Of a stretch of 64,000 nt of DNA, positions 37,727 through 51,976 are shown piece after piece. The notes beneath the pieces are model-generated. The model did no database searches. It was not told the origin of the DNA and was given only the letters and a program-made list of their open reading frames with translations. Every line of letters starts with the position of its first letter. Within the stretch, counting starts at the first letter, position 1. Source of the stretch: Felis catus (taxonomy: Eukaryota); NCBI RefSeq assembly GCF_018350175.1, contig NC_058368.1:85996001-86060000 (forward strand). The letters run 5' to 3'. The translations under genes and the position numbers were made by a program.

Positions 37727-38200
37727 GGATTTTTAAAGGATCCCATAAATTTAGTAGGCTGTTTTTTTAATCTCTTTTTTAGTTTAATTTCCTTTTATTC
37801 TTCTGATAATCTGCCTTTGAGCTCACTGATTCTTGTACTTCATGAAGTCTGTACAGCCTTTCTATTGGTCTTTTTCAGTTCGATCACTGTGTTCTTCAGT
37901 TCTAGGATTTCCATTTTGCTGTTTTTTGTGTTTTTAACCTCTTTGCTAAACTTATCATTTTCCTCAAGTATTGCTTCACTAATTTTGTTGAGTTGCTTGT
38001 CTGCTCTCATTTAGGTAAATATTCTGAATTCTTTGCAAGGTAGTTTTTAGATCTCCATTTCTTTGGGTCAGTTGCTTGTGATTTATTTCATTTTGACAGT
38101 GTCATGTTTCCCTGACACTTTGTGAATCTTGTAACACTATATTGGTGTTTGCATATTTGGACAGGTAGTCACTTTTCCAGTATTTATAGACTAGATTGCA
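37495..38200 (-). mobile_element. Ancient L1 ORF1-region fragment with a (TG)n microsatellite (~37678-37722)
   Basis: T-rich L1 antisense texture, e.g. ctcaggatttgggaagttttt and ttcttcagttctaggatttcc. Confidence 0.6.
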
Positions 38201-38379
38201 CAGGAGAAGTCTTTTACCAGTCAGTTTAGCCAGAAATTTTGGATAAGCCAGCTGGAAGTTACCACAAAGGGAGATACTCCCAGAGTCCATGGGTAAGTGG
38301 GCTGGACATTTGTGTCCACAGTGATCATGGCTGCTCACTTTACTGTCTTTTCCCCAGGGGCAATTGAAACTGTGCCTTC

Positions 38380-38602
38380 GGGGCGCCTGGGTGGCGCAGT
38401 CGGTTAAGCGTCCGACTTCAGCCAGGTCACGATCTCGCGGTCCGGGAGTTCGAGCCCCGCGTCGGGCTCTGTGCTGATGATGGCTCAGAGCCTGGAGCCT
38501 GTTTCCGATTCTGTGTCTCCCTCTCTCTCTGCCCCTCCCCCGTTCATGCTCTGTCTCTCTCTGTCCCAAAAATAAATAAACGTTGAAAAAAAAAAAAAAA
38601 AA
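38380..38602 (+). mobile_element. Young felid-type CAN-SINE
   Basis: CpG-rich intact body, pure poly-A; 14-bp TSD gaaactgtgccttc at 38366-38379 and 38603-38616. Confidence 0.96.
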
Positions 38603-41249
38603 GAAACTGTGCCTTCTACTTCCTTAAATTTGTCTTTTCCCATTCCTGTGCTTTAATCCAGAATCCAGAACCCTCAAAAATGTGTGTTTGTGGATGGATG
38701 GCTATTTGTATCCACATATTTGTGAAGAGGTGTAGGCCAGAACCTCCCATTCCTGTATTATCCAGACATAATTACCATATGTAGAGAGGTCAACATAACT
38801 CTGTACTCTGTCATGGAAGTGGTGAATGAGACACAGCCCTACCATGCCTCAGCAAACTCAGAGTGTAGTGATCCTGAAATACCCTATATTCTCCCAAAGT
38901 GCATTAAAAGGAGGTGAGGACTGAGTATCATAGATATCCCCAGGAGACACTACAGAACAAAGTATGTTGTGGAGCCATGGTATTTACTTTATTCTAAGAA
39001 TTGAAAGAAAAAAGAAGTAGAAGCAGAAGCAGAAGCAGAAGCAGAAGCAGAAGCAGAAGAAGAAGAAGAAGAAGAATAGAACATGCATACAATCCTGATC
39101 TATTTACATTTAATTTCTGTGTTCAGTCCATTTGAATTTTTCGTAAAATTACACAGCTCTTAAATCAATTATCACATTTATTTATATTTTGTTAGGTATG
39201 TATGTACTTATTTATTTATTTTTATTTTGATCCCAGTATAGTTAACATATGGTGTAATATTAGTTTAGGTGTACAATATAGTGTTTCAACAATTCTATAT
39301 ATTACTCAGTATATATCCCCCTGTCAAACTCCCTTCTGGTAACCATGTATTTTGTTTTCTATTGTTAACAGTCAGGGGTTTTTTTTTGTATCATTCTTTT
39401 TTTCTTTTACTTTCTTCATTTTATTTGTTTCTTAAATCCCACATATGAGTGAAATCAGGTAGTATTTATTATTCTATCACTGGATTTTACTGCTTAGTCT
39501 TCTGCCATTTTTAATTGAATTATTTGTTTCTTTTGGTGGAGAGTTTTATAAGATCTTTATATATTATGGATAACAACCATTTATCAGACATCTCCTTTGC
39601 AAATACCTTCTCTCATGCAGTAGGTTGTCTTTTACTTTTTTTGACTGTTTCCTTTGCTGTACATGTTTTATTTTTATGTAGTCCCAATAGTTCATTTTCA
39701 TGTTTCATTCCCCTTGCCTCAGGAGACATACCTACAAAAGTGTTGCTATAGCTGATTTCAGAAAAATTATTATCTGTGCTCTCATAGAATTGTTATGATT
39801 TCAGGTCTTGAATGTAGGTCTTGTGTCCATTTTGATTTGACTTTTGTGTATGATGTAAGAAATTTTTATACCTTTGCACATAGTTATCCAGTTTCCCAAC
39901 ATCATCTATTGAAGAGACTGTCTTTTCCCATTGGATATTCTTTCCTCCTCTGTCAAATATTAATTGACCATATAATCATGGCCTTACTCCTCGGCGTTCT
40001 AGTCTGTTCCCTTGATCCATGTACCATGTACTATGCCAGTACCATAGTGCTTTAACTGCTACAACTTCATAATATAGCTTGAAATCTGGAATTATGACAC
40101 CTCCAGGTTGTTTTCTTTTTCAAGATCACTTTGGCTACCCAGGGTCTTTGGTGGTTCCAAATGAATTTGAGGATTTTTCAAATGAAAAATGCTGCTGGTA
40201 TTTTGATGGGAATTGCATTGCATGTGTAGATGCTTTATGTAGTTATAAACATTTTAACAATATTTCCTCTTCCAATCCATGAGTATGGAATTTATTTGCA
40301 TATATTTGTATTTTAGATTTCTTTCACCTGCGTTTTAACGTTTTCAGAGTACAGGTGTTTCACTCCCTTCGTTCAGTTTATTCCTTGGTATTATATGATT
40401 TTTGGTGCAATTGTAAATGGGATTCTTTTCTTAATTTCTCTCTGATGCTTCATTATTGGTTTATAGATATGCAATGGGTTTTCTTTTCAATGATACTGTG
40501 TCCTGAAAATTCATGGAATTCATTTCAGTTCTGTTCATTTTGGTAAAGTCCTTATATTTTTCCACCTATGTCATCAGTAAATGTTTAAATTTTATGCGTT
40601 CCTTGCCAGACTGGATGCCTTTATTCCTTTTTCCTGTCACATTGCTGTGACTAGGACTTCAAATTGTACCTTGAATAAAAGTGTTAGAGTGTACATCTAT
40701 GTCATATTCTTTACCTTAGTTGAAAAGCTCACAGTTTTTCCCTAGAGTAGGATGTTAGCTGTTTTTTTTTTCCATATACAGACTTAAATAGGTAGTGTTA
40801 TATTCCCTTGTAACCTACTTTGTTGAGGGTTTTTATCATGAATTCATGTTGTACTTTGTCAAATGCTTTTCCTTCATCTATTGAAATGATCATATGGATT
40901 TTTATCTTTTCTCTTGCTGATGTAATGTATCGTATTGATTGATTTGAGAATATTGTACTACCTTTCTTTTCCACAAATGAATCCAAATTGATTGTTCTGA
41001 TAATTTTTTTTCATGTATTGTTGCATTCTGTTTTCTAATAATTTGTTGTGGGTTTGTATCAATTCATTAGAGATATCTACCTATAGTTCTTTGTCTCTGT
41101 CTCTCTCGCTGTCTCTCTCTTCCCCTTTGTACTGCATTTATCTGGTTTTGATATCAGGATAATGCTGCCTTAACAAAATGAATTTGGACATTTTCTTTCC
41201 TCTTGTATTTTTTTAGTACTTTGAGAAGAATAGGTAATACCTCTTCTTT

Positions 41250-41675
41250 GTTATTATTTTTTTTTTGTATTGCATTTGTTGTATCTTATCTTATTTTATT
41301 TATTTTATATTTTATTTTTTTTAATTTACATCTAAGTTAGCATATAGTGTAACAATGATTTCAGGGGTAGATTCCTTAATGCCCCATAAACCATTTAGCC
41401 CATCCCTCCTCCCCAAATCCCTCCAGTAACCCTCTGTTTCTTCTCCATATTTAAGAGTCTCTTCTGTTTTGTCTCCTTCCGTGTTTTTATATTATTTTTG
41501 CTTCCCTTACTTTGTGTCCTTCTGTTCTGTGTCTGAAAGTCCTTGTATGAGTGAAGTCATGATATTTGTCTTTCTCTGACTGAATAATTTCGCTTAGCAT
41601 AATACCATCCAGTTCCACCCATGTAGTTGCAAATGGCAATATTTCATTCTTTTTGATTGCTGAGTAATGCTCCAT

Positions 41676-41767
<92 letters not shown>

Positions 41768-43561
41768 CCACATCTTCTTTATCCATTCATTCATCGATGG
41801 ACATTTGGGCTCTTTCCATACTTTGGCTATTGTTGATAGTGCTGCTGTAAACATTGTTGTGCATATGCCCTTTTGAAACAGCACACCTGTATCCCTTGGA
41901 TAAATACCTAGTAGTGCAATTGCTGGATCGTAGGGCAGTTTTATTTTTAATTTTTTGAGGAACTTCCATACTGTTTTCCAGAGTGGCTGCAGGAGTTTGC
42001 ATTCCCACAAGCAGTACAAAGACATCCTCTTCTTCCACATCCTCACCAACATCTGTTGTTGCCTGAGTTGTTAATGTTATCCATTCTGAAAGGTATGAGG
42101 TGGTATCTCATTGTGGTTTTGATTTGTATTTCCCTGATGATAAGTGATATTGAGCATTTTTCATGTGTCTTTTGGCCATCTAGATGTCTTCTTTGGAGAA
42201 GTGTGTATTCATGTCTTTTGCCATTTCTTCACTGGACTATTTGTTTTCTGGGCATGGAGTTTCATAAGTTCATTACAGATTTTGGATACTAACACTTTAT
42301 CTGATATGTCGTTTGCAAATATCTTCTCCCATTCTATCGGTTGCCTTTTAGTTTTGTGGATTGTTTCCTTTGCTGTGCAGATGCTTTTTATTTTGATGAA
42401 GTCCCAGTTGTTCATTTTTGCTTTTGTTTCCCTTGCCTCTGGAGACGTGTTGAGTAAAAAGTTGCTGTGGCCTAGATCAAAGAGGTTTTTGCCTGTGTTC
42501 TTCTCAGGATTTTGACGGCTTCTTGTCTTACATTTAGGTCTTTTATCCATTTTGAGTTTATTTTTGTGTATGGTGTAAGAAAGTGGTCCAGGTTCATTCT
42601 TCTGCATGCCACTGTCCAGTTTTTCCAGCACCAGCTGCTGAAGAGACTGTCTTTATTCCATTGGATATTCTTTCTTGCTTTGTCAAAGCTTAGTTGGCCA
42701 TATGTTTGTGGGTCCATTTCTGGATTCTATATTCTCTTCCATTGATCTGAGTGTCTGTGCTTGTGCTAGTACCATACTGTCTTGATGATTACAGCTTTGT
42801 AATACAGCTTGGAGTCTGGGATTGTGATGCCTCCTGCTTTGGTTTTCTGTTTCAAGATTGCTTTCAGTATTTGGTGTCTTTTCTGATTCCATACAAATTT
42901 TAGGATTGTTTGTTCTAGCTCTGTGAAGAATGCTGGTGTTATTTTGATAGGTATTGCATTGAATATGTAGATTGCTTTCGGTAGCATTGACATTTTAACA
43001 ATATTTGTTATTTGTATCCAGGAGAATGGAATATTTTTCCATATGTTTGTGTTTTCTTCAATTTCTTTCATAAGCTTTCTATCCTTTTCAGTGTATATAT
43101 TTTTTACCTCTTTGGTTAGATTTATTCCTAAGTATTTTATGGCTTTGGGTGCAATTGTAAATGGGATTGATTATTTGATTTCTCTTTCTGTTGCTTCATT
43201 ATTGGTGTAAAGGAATGCAACCGCTTTCTGTGCATTGATTTTAATATCCTGCAACTTTGCTGAATTCATGGATCAGTTCTAGCAGTTTTTTGGTGGAATC
43301 TTTTGGGTTTTCCATATGGAGTATCATCATGTCATCTGAGAAGAGTGAAAGTTTGATCTCCTCCTGGTCAATTTGGATGCCTTTTATTTCTTCGTGTTTT
43401 CTGATTGCTGAGGCTCAGACTTCCAATACTTGTTGAATAACAGTGGCGAGAGTTGACATCCCTGTCTTGTTCCTGACCTTAGGGGGAAAGCTCTCATTTT
43501 TTCCCAGTTGAGGATAATATTAGCATTGGGTTCTTCATATATGACTTTTATGATATCAAGG
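41250..43561 (-). mobile_element. 5'-truncated L1 (2.3 kb) nested in the older L1
   Basis: Perfect 17-bp TSD ggtaatacctcttcttt at 41233-41249 and 43562-43578; ORF2 C-terminal peptides at 41594-43071. Confidence 0.95.
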
Positions 43562-45188
43562 GGTAATACCTCTTCTTTAAACGCCAGTAGAATTCACCTA
43601 TGAGGTCATCTGGTTATATACTTTTATTGCTTACAGAGCAGGTTATAGACTTTCTGATTACTGATTCAATTTCATTGTTGGCAATCAGTATGTTCGAATT
43701 TTCTATTTCAACCTGATTCAGTTTTACCAGGTAATGTGTGTTTAGGAATTTACCTATTTCTTCTAATTTGTCTGATTTGTTATTATATACTATTTCATAA
43801 TCTCTTCTTACCATTTTTATTTCTGTAATGTCGGTTGTTATTTCTCCTTTTTCATTTATGATTTTGTTTATTTAAGTCCTTCATTTTATTTTTGAATCTA
43901 GTAAAGGTATATCAATTTTTTGATCTTCTCAAAGAACCAGACTGTTTCCTTGTTCTGTTCGTTTTTTTTTCTCTTTTTTTTCTTTCTATGTCTTTATATC
44001 TGCTCTAATCCTTATTATCCCTTCCTTCTACTGTGCTTTTTGTTTGATTGTTTGTTTTTTGTTTTTGTGTTTAGGTTTTGTTTGTTTTTCTCTTTTACCT
44101 CATTTATATGCAATGTTGTATTATCTGACATCTTTCATGCTTCTTGAGGTAGGCCTGCATTGCTATTGCAACTTACAGCAGCTTTTCCTGCATCTCAAAG
44201 ATTTTGGACCATTTTGCTTTCATTTTATTCTATCCCCATTCATTTTATGACTTCCTCCTTGACTTCTTTGTTGAGCCATGCATTGTTTAGAAGCATATGA
44301 TTTAACCTCCACTTGTTTGAGTTCTTTCTAGATTTATTCTTGTGCTTCATTTCTAGTTTCATGGTATTGTGGTCAGAAAGAATTCATACAATGGATGACT
44401 TCAATCTTTTTGAGTTTGTAGACAATTGTTTGTCGACCTAATATGTCATCTATTCTGGAGAATATTCCATATGCTTTTGAAAATAACATATAATCTGCTG
44501 TTTTAGAATGGAAAGTTCTGAATATATATGTTAAATCCATCTGTCCAAAAATCAAAGTCACTGTTTCCTACTTGTCTGTCTAGATGATCTATCTGTGTAT
44601 TGATGTAAGTGGGCATTTAATTTCCCCTAATATTATTGTATTACTCTTGATAACTCACTTTATGCTTTTTATTAAATGCTTTATATATTTGGGTGTTTCT
44701 ATGTTGGGTGCATAAATATTTACAACAGTTATATTTTCTTATTGAATTTGTTTCTTTTGTGTTTATATAATTTCCTTCATGTCACTTTTTTCTTCTCCTT
44801 AGTTTCCGTTTATTAAATTTATTTTATAGCCAATTTTTCCTATATAATTATTACTACCACTGCCTTTTAACAAACTTTTTCATAATAAATGCTTCTCATT
44901 CCCTGCACTTTCAATCTGCATCAGCCCTTATGTATGAAATGAAACTTGTGACAGTATATAGATGGGTCTTGATATTGTTTATTGATTTTTAATCCATTAA
45001 ATCACCCTATTTCTTTTGACTAGAGCGTTTCACCCATTTACATTCAAACTAAATAATGATAGATATTTATTTACTGCAATTTCGTTACTGGTTTTGTGGT
45101 TGTTTATGGTGTTCTTTTCTTTAAGTTTTAATTTTATTCCAGTTGCATAATCAACAGTGTACTTTTAGTTTAAGGGGTACAATTAGGT

Positions 45189-45397
45189 GGGGTTCCTGGG
45201 TGGCTCAGTCAGTTAAGTGTTCCACTTCAGCTCAGGTCATGATGTCATGGCTCATGGGTTTTAGCACCACATCGGGCCCTGTGCTGACATCTCAGAGCCT
45301 GAAACCTGCTTTGGATTTTGTGTCTCCCACTCTCTTTGCCCCTCTCCTACTCACACTCTTTCTCTGTCTCTGTCTCAAAAGTAAATAAACATTAAAA
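45189..45397 (+). mobile_element. CAN-SINE
   Basis: ggggttcctgggtggctcagtcagttaag head, CT tract, A tail. Confidence 0.9.
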
Positions 45398-45726
45398 AAG
45401 AGTACAATATAATGATTGAACACTTTCATAGAATACCCAGTGCCCATAACAAGTAAACTCTTTATTTTCCATCAAATATTTAACCCATCCTCCCACCCAA
45501 CTCCCTTCTGGTAATAATCTGTTTGTTCTCTATTTTTAAATGTCTGTTTCTTGGTTTGACTCTCTCATTTTTTTATCTTTGCTCCTTCTGTTTCCCCTTA
45601 AATTTCACATGTGAGTGAAATGATACGGTATTTTTTTTTTCTGATTGACTATTTCACTTATCATATTCTCCAGCTCCATCCATGTTGCTGCAATGCAGAG
45701 ATTTCATTCTTTTTTATGGCTACCAT

Positions 45727-46145
45727 TATATATATATATATGATATATATTATATATATAAGATATATATTATAAGATATATATATAATAGATAATATAT
45801 AATAGATAATATAATATAATATAATATAATATATATTATATTATATAATATATAATATATATTTATATATATTATATAAATATATTATATATATAAATAA
45901 ATATATATAAAAATATATATAAATATATAAATATAAATATAAATAAATATAAATATAAATATAAATATAAATATAAATATATTATATATAATATATAATT
46001 ATATAATATAATATATAATAGATAATATATAATATCTTATATATAATATAATATTATATATAATATATATTATATATAATATTATATAATATATATATAA
46101 AACCACTATATACCATTATATATATATATATGTATATATATATAT
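45727..46145. repeat. Long, almost pure A/T low-complexity tract
   Basis: About 400 bp of ta, ataat and ataaat units. Confidence 0.95.
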
Positions 46146-46249
46146 TCATTAGCCTGTGGAAACTTGGGCTATTTCCATAATTTGGATATTGTACATAATG
46201 CTGCTACAAACACCAGGTGCATGGATCCCCTTTAATTACTATTTTGTAT

Positions 46250-46447
46250 TTTTTTTAGTTTTATCTACTTATTTTGAGACAGAGAGAGAGAGAGAGAGAG
46301 AGAAGGAGTGAGAGACAGATTTCCAACCAGCCTTCATATTGTCTGCATGTACCTTATGTGGGGCTCACTCTCACCAACCGTGAGTTCAAGACCTGAGCTG
46401 AAATCAAGACGCGCATGCTTAACTGACTCAGACATTCAGACACCCCA
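46250..46447 (-). mobile_element. CAN-SINE, diverged
   Basis: (GA)n tract, gacctgagctgaaatcaag..gcttaactgact..cacccc. Confidence 0.85.
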
Positions 46448-47615
46448 GTATTTTTTAGTCTTTATATGAACATCTAGTAGTACACTGGCAGGCTATTAAG
46501 GTAGTTTTATTATTAACTTTTTGAGGAACCTCATACAGTTTTCCGGAGAAGCCGCACCAGTTTTCTTTCCCATTAATAGTGCAAAAAGATTCCCTTGTCT
46601 CCACATCCTGGCCAACATTTGTTTTCTTCTGTTGTTGATTTTAGCCATTCTCACAGGTGTGAAATGATATCTCATTGCAGTCCTAATTTATATTTCTCTG
46701 ATGATCAGTGTTGTTGAACATATTTTCATGTATTTGTTGTCATCTGGGTATTTTCTTTGGAAAAAAATGTCTACTCCTGTGCTGATAATTTTTAATAAAT
46801 TACTAGTTTTTTGGATGTCGACTTTCATAAGTTCATTATATTTTTTGGATACTAATCCTTTATCAGATAAGCTGGTTTTAAATATATTCTATTCAGTGGG
46901 CTGTCTTTTAGTTTTGTTGACTGTGTCCTCTGTGCAGAAGCTGTTAATCTTGATAAAGTCTCAGTAGTTATTTTGTGCTTTTGTTTCCCTTATCTCAGAA
47001 GATATTTGTAGCATTAAATTTCTACTGCAGGTCTCAAAAATGTTACTACATGTGGTTCTCCTTTAGGATTTTAATGACTTCCTGTCTCACATTTAGGTCT
47101 TTCATGCATTTTGAATTTATTTTTCTATATGATGTAAGAAAGCGGCACAGTTTTATTTTTTTACATGGTTCTACCCACTTTTTCTGGCACCATTAATTGA
47201 AGAGAATTTTTTTTTCAATTGGATATTATTTCCTGCTTTGCTGAAGATTAGTTGATCATACAATTGTAGATTCATTTGTGGGTTTTCTATTCTGTTGCAT
47301 TGATCTATAAGTCTGGTTTTGTGCTAATACCATTCTGTCTTGATCACTACCACCTTGTAATATAACTGGAATTCTGGGATTGTGATAAATAAGTCCAGGT
47401 TTGCCTTTTTTTTTTTTTCAAGGTTTCTGGGTATTCTGTGTCTTTTGTGATCTCATACAAATTTTAGGTTTTTTTTTTTCACACTGCTTTAAAAAATGCT
47501 ATTGTTATTATGATAGGGATTACGTTAAATGTGTAGATTGCTTTGGGTATTATAGACATTTTGCTGATATTTTTTTTTTTTTGCCAACATGAGCCTGGTG
47601 GAAGAAAAAAAATAT

Positions 47616-47653
<38 letters not shown>

Positions 47654-49317
47654 GTGTTCAATTTCTTTCAGTATTTTATAGTTTTAAGAGTATAGGTTTC
47701 ACTTGTTCTGTTAAATATATTCCTAGATTTCTTGGGATTGGATTTTAGGACAAGTGTAAATGGCCGTGTGCTTTGTGCACTCTGCTGTTGTGTTTTGGCC
47801 CATTTATTCTTTAGGCTAGTCATCTTCAGAAGTTCTCCTTTCCTGCTGTGTGGATTTTTTGGTCTCTGGCCTGCATATGGGAAGTTTTAACTAGGTGTGT
47901 TCCGATCTGCTTTTGCAATGAAACCTGATACCACTTACATCAAAACTAAGGATGTGCAGAACTCTGTTTTCAGGAATCATGGTGCTGGCAAGGGATTCTA
48001 CTGGTCCTCTGGGGGAGGGACATGCCATGCAGGGGCTGAGAAAAGCATGAGTGAGAAGAGCAGTCCCCCAGAGCACAGGGGCCTGGGGCTTGGTGTAAGC
48101 AAGTTTGGAAGCTAGTGTTGGGACTGTGCTGCTCCCTGAAGGTGGCTATACATTTATGCTAAGTAGTGGGGGAGGGAATGGTGCCAACCAGTCCCTTTGT
48201 TCCTGGAGAGGTATCTCCTGAATGCTGCCTCTCAGATATGTTCTAGGAAAATTGAATAATCTTCCTCCTGTGTGCCCCATGTGTCCTTCAGATAACTGTT
48301 TCCATGCTATCTGCCCCTGGGTTGTTTGCTTGCTTTTTTTTTTTTTTCAAGAGCAGATCTGTATCCTCCAGGTTCTATCTCAACCAAGGCCACTGACCAT
48401 TAAAACTTCACCATTTAAGTCCAGCTGGTGGCAAGAACTAATGATATTCTGCCCTTTTTTTGTTTTCTAAGTCAAAAACCTGGGGAAACACCCCTCTTGT
48501 GAGTTCCCTTGTGGTTTCCCTCTCTCATACCTTTATAAGTGACCACAGCCCCCTCTCCTCTGTAGCACCTACAACCTGTTTCCCACTTCCCAAATCACAT
48601 CTTAGCACTTCCTTGTTTCCTTGATGTTCCTCTTCTCTCCGTTTAGTTATGGAATTTGTTCTCTAAGCTGTCAGGTCTATTTATGTGGTATTGTTGATTT
48701 GATAGTTATCTTGTTGTGTTTGTGGGATAAGGCAAGGGTACAGCCTCCTTCTTCACTGCCATCTCCCTCTTTTTGATGTCTTTTCTGATCCTTTCTTCTC
48801 TTTCTCTCTTTTAGAGTTTGTTGGATTTCTTTTGTGATATAGCTGAACTACTTTCTCTTTAATTTTGGCATATCTATTACTGGGTTTTGAATTGTGGTTA
48901 TCATTTAGTTTGCATATAACTTGTTCTGCATATAGCAGTGTATATAAAGGTGCAGTAGCTTAAATGAATCAATTTTTTACTTCTCTACCATCTACGTTTT
49001 AAGTATATGATATCATACTTTTTATATCCTTTTGTGAATCTCTTGAGTGATGTTTTGAAATATACTTATTTTGACTGCTTTTGTTTCCTACTTTTCTTAC
49101 TCTTAATTATGGTCTTTCCTTCCCACTCAATGAGCCCCCTTTACATAACATATCAGGCTTAGTGATAATGGATTCCTGTAAATTTTGTATGTATGGGAAC
49201 TATTTATCTCTCCTTGTATTCAGAAAGATACCCTTGGTGGATATAATATTCTTGGCTGCAGTTTTTTCTCCCTTCACCTCTTTGAATATATCATGCCATC
49301 TCTCTCTCTATATATAT

Positions 49318-49540
49318 ATTTTTAATTTTTTAAATGTTTATTTATGTTTGAAGGAGAGAGGGAGAGAGACAGAGTGCAAGCTGGGGAGGGCTGAGAGAGG
49401 GGGACACACAGAATCTGAAGTGGGCTCCAGGATCTGAGCTGTCTGCACAGAGCCTGATGTGGTGATCAAACTTGTAAACCATGAGATCATGACCTGAGCT
49501 GAAGTCAGAAGCTCAACCAACTGAGCCACTCAGGTGTCCC
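49318..49540 (-). mobile_element. CAN-SINE
   Basis: gagatcatgacctgagctgaagtcaga..ctgagccactcaggtgtccc. Confidence 0.92.
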
Positions 49541-51809
49541 ACTATTCTCTTCTGGTCAGTAATTTCTCTGCTAGAAAATCAGCTGATAGCCTGATGGGGT
49601 GTCTCTTGTATGTAACTGTTTTCTTTTTTTCTTAAACCTTTATTTGTTTGGTTATTTATTTCAGGTTTTTATTTAAATTCTAGTTGCTTAAAATATAATG
49701 TAATACTGATTGCAGGAGTAGAATTTAGTGATTCATCACTTACATGTAACACCCAGTGCTTACTGTTTTTAAAATTCTCTATCACTAGGGGTTTTTGTTG
49801 TTGTTTTGTTTTGTTTTGTTTTTGTTTGTTTTACATTTTAATACTAGCTGTCTTGGTGTGGATGTTTTTTGGTTGATTTTGTTGGGGACTCTCTTTGCCG
49901 CTCGTATTTGGATTTCTATTTCCTTCTTATTTGGGAAATTATCATGTATTATTTCTTCAAAAAAAGTTCTGTCTCCATTTCTCTGTCTTCTCCTGTGATA
50001 CCTATAATGTGGATGCTATTACACTTGATGGTATTCCTGTATTCCCTAAATCTATTCTCATTTTGCATTTTCCCCTCACATGTTCAGCTTGATTACTTTC
50101 TATTACTTTGTCCTCTAGGTTGCTAATTGTTCTTCTGCTTCTTCTAGTCTTTTATTTATTCCATTTAGTGTACTTTAAATGCCAGTTATTGAGTTATTGT
50201 GTTCATCATCACTGTTGGTTCTTTTTTCTGTTTCTTTTTTATCTCTTTGTTAAAAGTCTCACTGATGTTCACTCTTTTCTCAAGCCCCACATATATATTT
50301 ATGACCATTACTTTAAATTCCTTATCATATATGTTAGTTAACTCTCTTTCATTTTGGTCTCCTGGTGATTCTGTTCTGCTTTTCATTTAGGACACATTTA
50401 TTTGTCTCCTCATTTTGTCTAACTCTCTATGTCCATTATGTGTGTTGACGAAGTCATATATGTTTCTTCGTCTTGAAAGCACTGGCCTTATGAAGAAGAG
50501 GTCCTATGCTGCCCTGAAATGCAGCGTTACCATTTCATTAGGACCTGGTGCTTCAAAGTGTCTGCTTTGTGTTTTGCGTGCACTTGATGCTGTGGCCAAA
50601 CCACTTTTTCCTTCAGTTCAGTTGTCTAAAGTGGCTCTCTTTTCCATTGTGGCAGTATTTTGTCCCAATGGTGTTAGTGACCCAGTGTGGGTCCTGCTTG
50701 GCCTTGGATTGAGACATACGAGGCATTTTAAAGAGGCAGTACCACCAAACTATAAGGCACTTTCCTTGTATTTACACCCTAGAAATTTTCGTTGGTTTGT
50801 GGCACCTGTAGCCAAACCAACTGTATGCCACAAGTTCATTGCTGAGGCATGAGTCTTTGTTGTTATCATTCCCTATCTCTAGCGAGGGGGTATTTTGGAT
50901 ATGTGCTGGCACCTGTCATGGCTGCTTGCCTACTGCCAGGCTTGTGGCAAACTTTGGATGGGCTCTAGTCTAGAGAGTGTTGGATGCTGCTGTTTCATAT
51001 GCGATAGACAGATGTGTAGTGTTAGCAAGGTGTGTCTGCAGGTCTTCTATGGGCGGTGGGAACTCTAGCTGCAGACAGCTAGGTCAGGAGAGTTGGAGGG
51101 GGCAGATGCACACAGCGAATATAGGGACACTGCATCAGTGTTAGGCAGTTAGGCAGGGGGATCAGAAAAGTCCTGTTTCTTGAAGGAGGCCAATTGTTTA
51201 TAAAGGAGGTAGGGGATGGGAAATGGCACCTTGCAGCTTTTTTACTCCTGGAGAAGTCTCCCAAGGATCTCTGTCCCTCCAGCACAGGCTTTGATATCAG
51301 TAATTAATATTCTTCCCATATGCCCCACATTTTTGCAAATCACTTCTTCTATGCTGTATCTCTTTGGGCTACCTTGCAGTCTTTTCAAGGGCAAAGTCTC
51401 TGTTTCAAATCACCCTTCTCATTCTCCCAGAGCTTAAAAGTTCCAGGTTTTAAGTACTGCTGGCTGTAAGTTCTTGCAAAAATTTAGCCCCTTAATTTTT
51501 TAAAGTCAAGTGTTATGGGGACTTGTCTTCACTGTGTGGGTTACCCAGTGCATAGGTCTTTTTCTTTCCCTTCTCAGTGCCCACAGTGTTCTTGACTCCC
51601 ACAGTCAATCCTGTGGGTGTGTTGAGCTACAGATTGTATCTTTGCCCTTCCTACTTTCTTTGATGTAGTCTTTTCTCAACATTTAATTGTGTTTTGTTCT
51701 CTCAGTGTTTCGGTCCTTATGTGGGTTGCTTACACAGATGTGAATGTTATCTTGTTGGATCCATGGGACAAGGTGAGTTTAGGGTCCTCTTAAGACATTT
51801 TTCACTGAA

Positions 51810-51976
51810 CCTCTTTTTTTTTCCTTCCCCTCCCCCATGGGTTTCTGTTAAGTTTCTCAGGATCCACATAACCATATGGTATCTGTCTTTCTCTGTATGG
51901 CTTATCCAATTTGACAATAAACTTCATATATTGAAAAAAATAAAAATAAAAAAAATATTCTTTATATAAAAAAAAT
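51810..51976. mobile_element. Miniature 5'-inverted (twin-primed) felid L1 insertion
   Basis: 51810-~51904 is L1 3'UTR in minus orientation; ~51905-51976 is the L1 terminus ccaatttgacaataaacttcata plus A-tail in plus orientation; 15-bp TSD acatttttcactgaa at 51795-51809 and 51977-51991. Confidence 0.85.

Larger units (their letters stand above)
45121..48773 (-). mobile_element. Nested L1 with both termini but a large internal deletion
   Basis: 3' end at ~45121; ORF2 3' part to ~47763, then directly 5'UTR-like sequence ending ..cactgccatctccctct (sense agagggagatggcagtg); candidate degraded TSD tggtgttcttttct / tgatgtcttttct. Confidence 0.65.
39200..51795 (-). mobile_element. Old, roughly full-length L1 host expanded by nested insertions
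   Basis: 3'UTR ~39200-39480; ORF2 39490-41249 and 43562-45120; inter-ORF/ORF1 ~48774-50500 (ELTNIYDKEFKVMVINIYVGLEKRV); 5'UTR ~50500-51795. Colinear once the nested elements are removed. Confidence 0.75.

Noticed and set aside
38760..39010. Weak similarity to 19400-19640 and 62860-63100 (ccaggagac..gccatgg..tattctaa)
   Set aside because: Too diverged and short to call a third duplication unit; more likely another copy of an old interspersed repeat I cannot name
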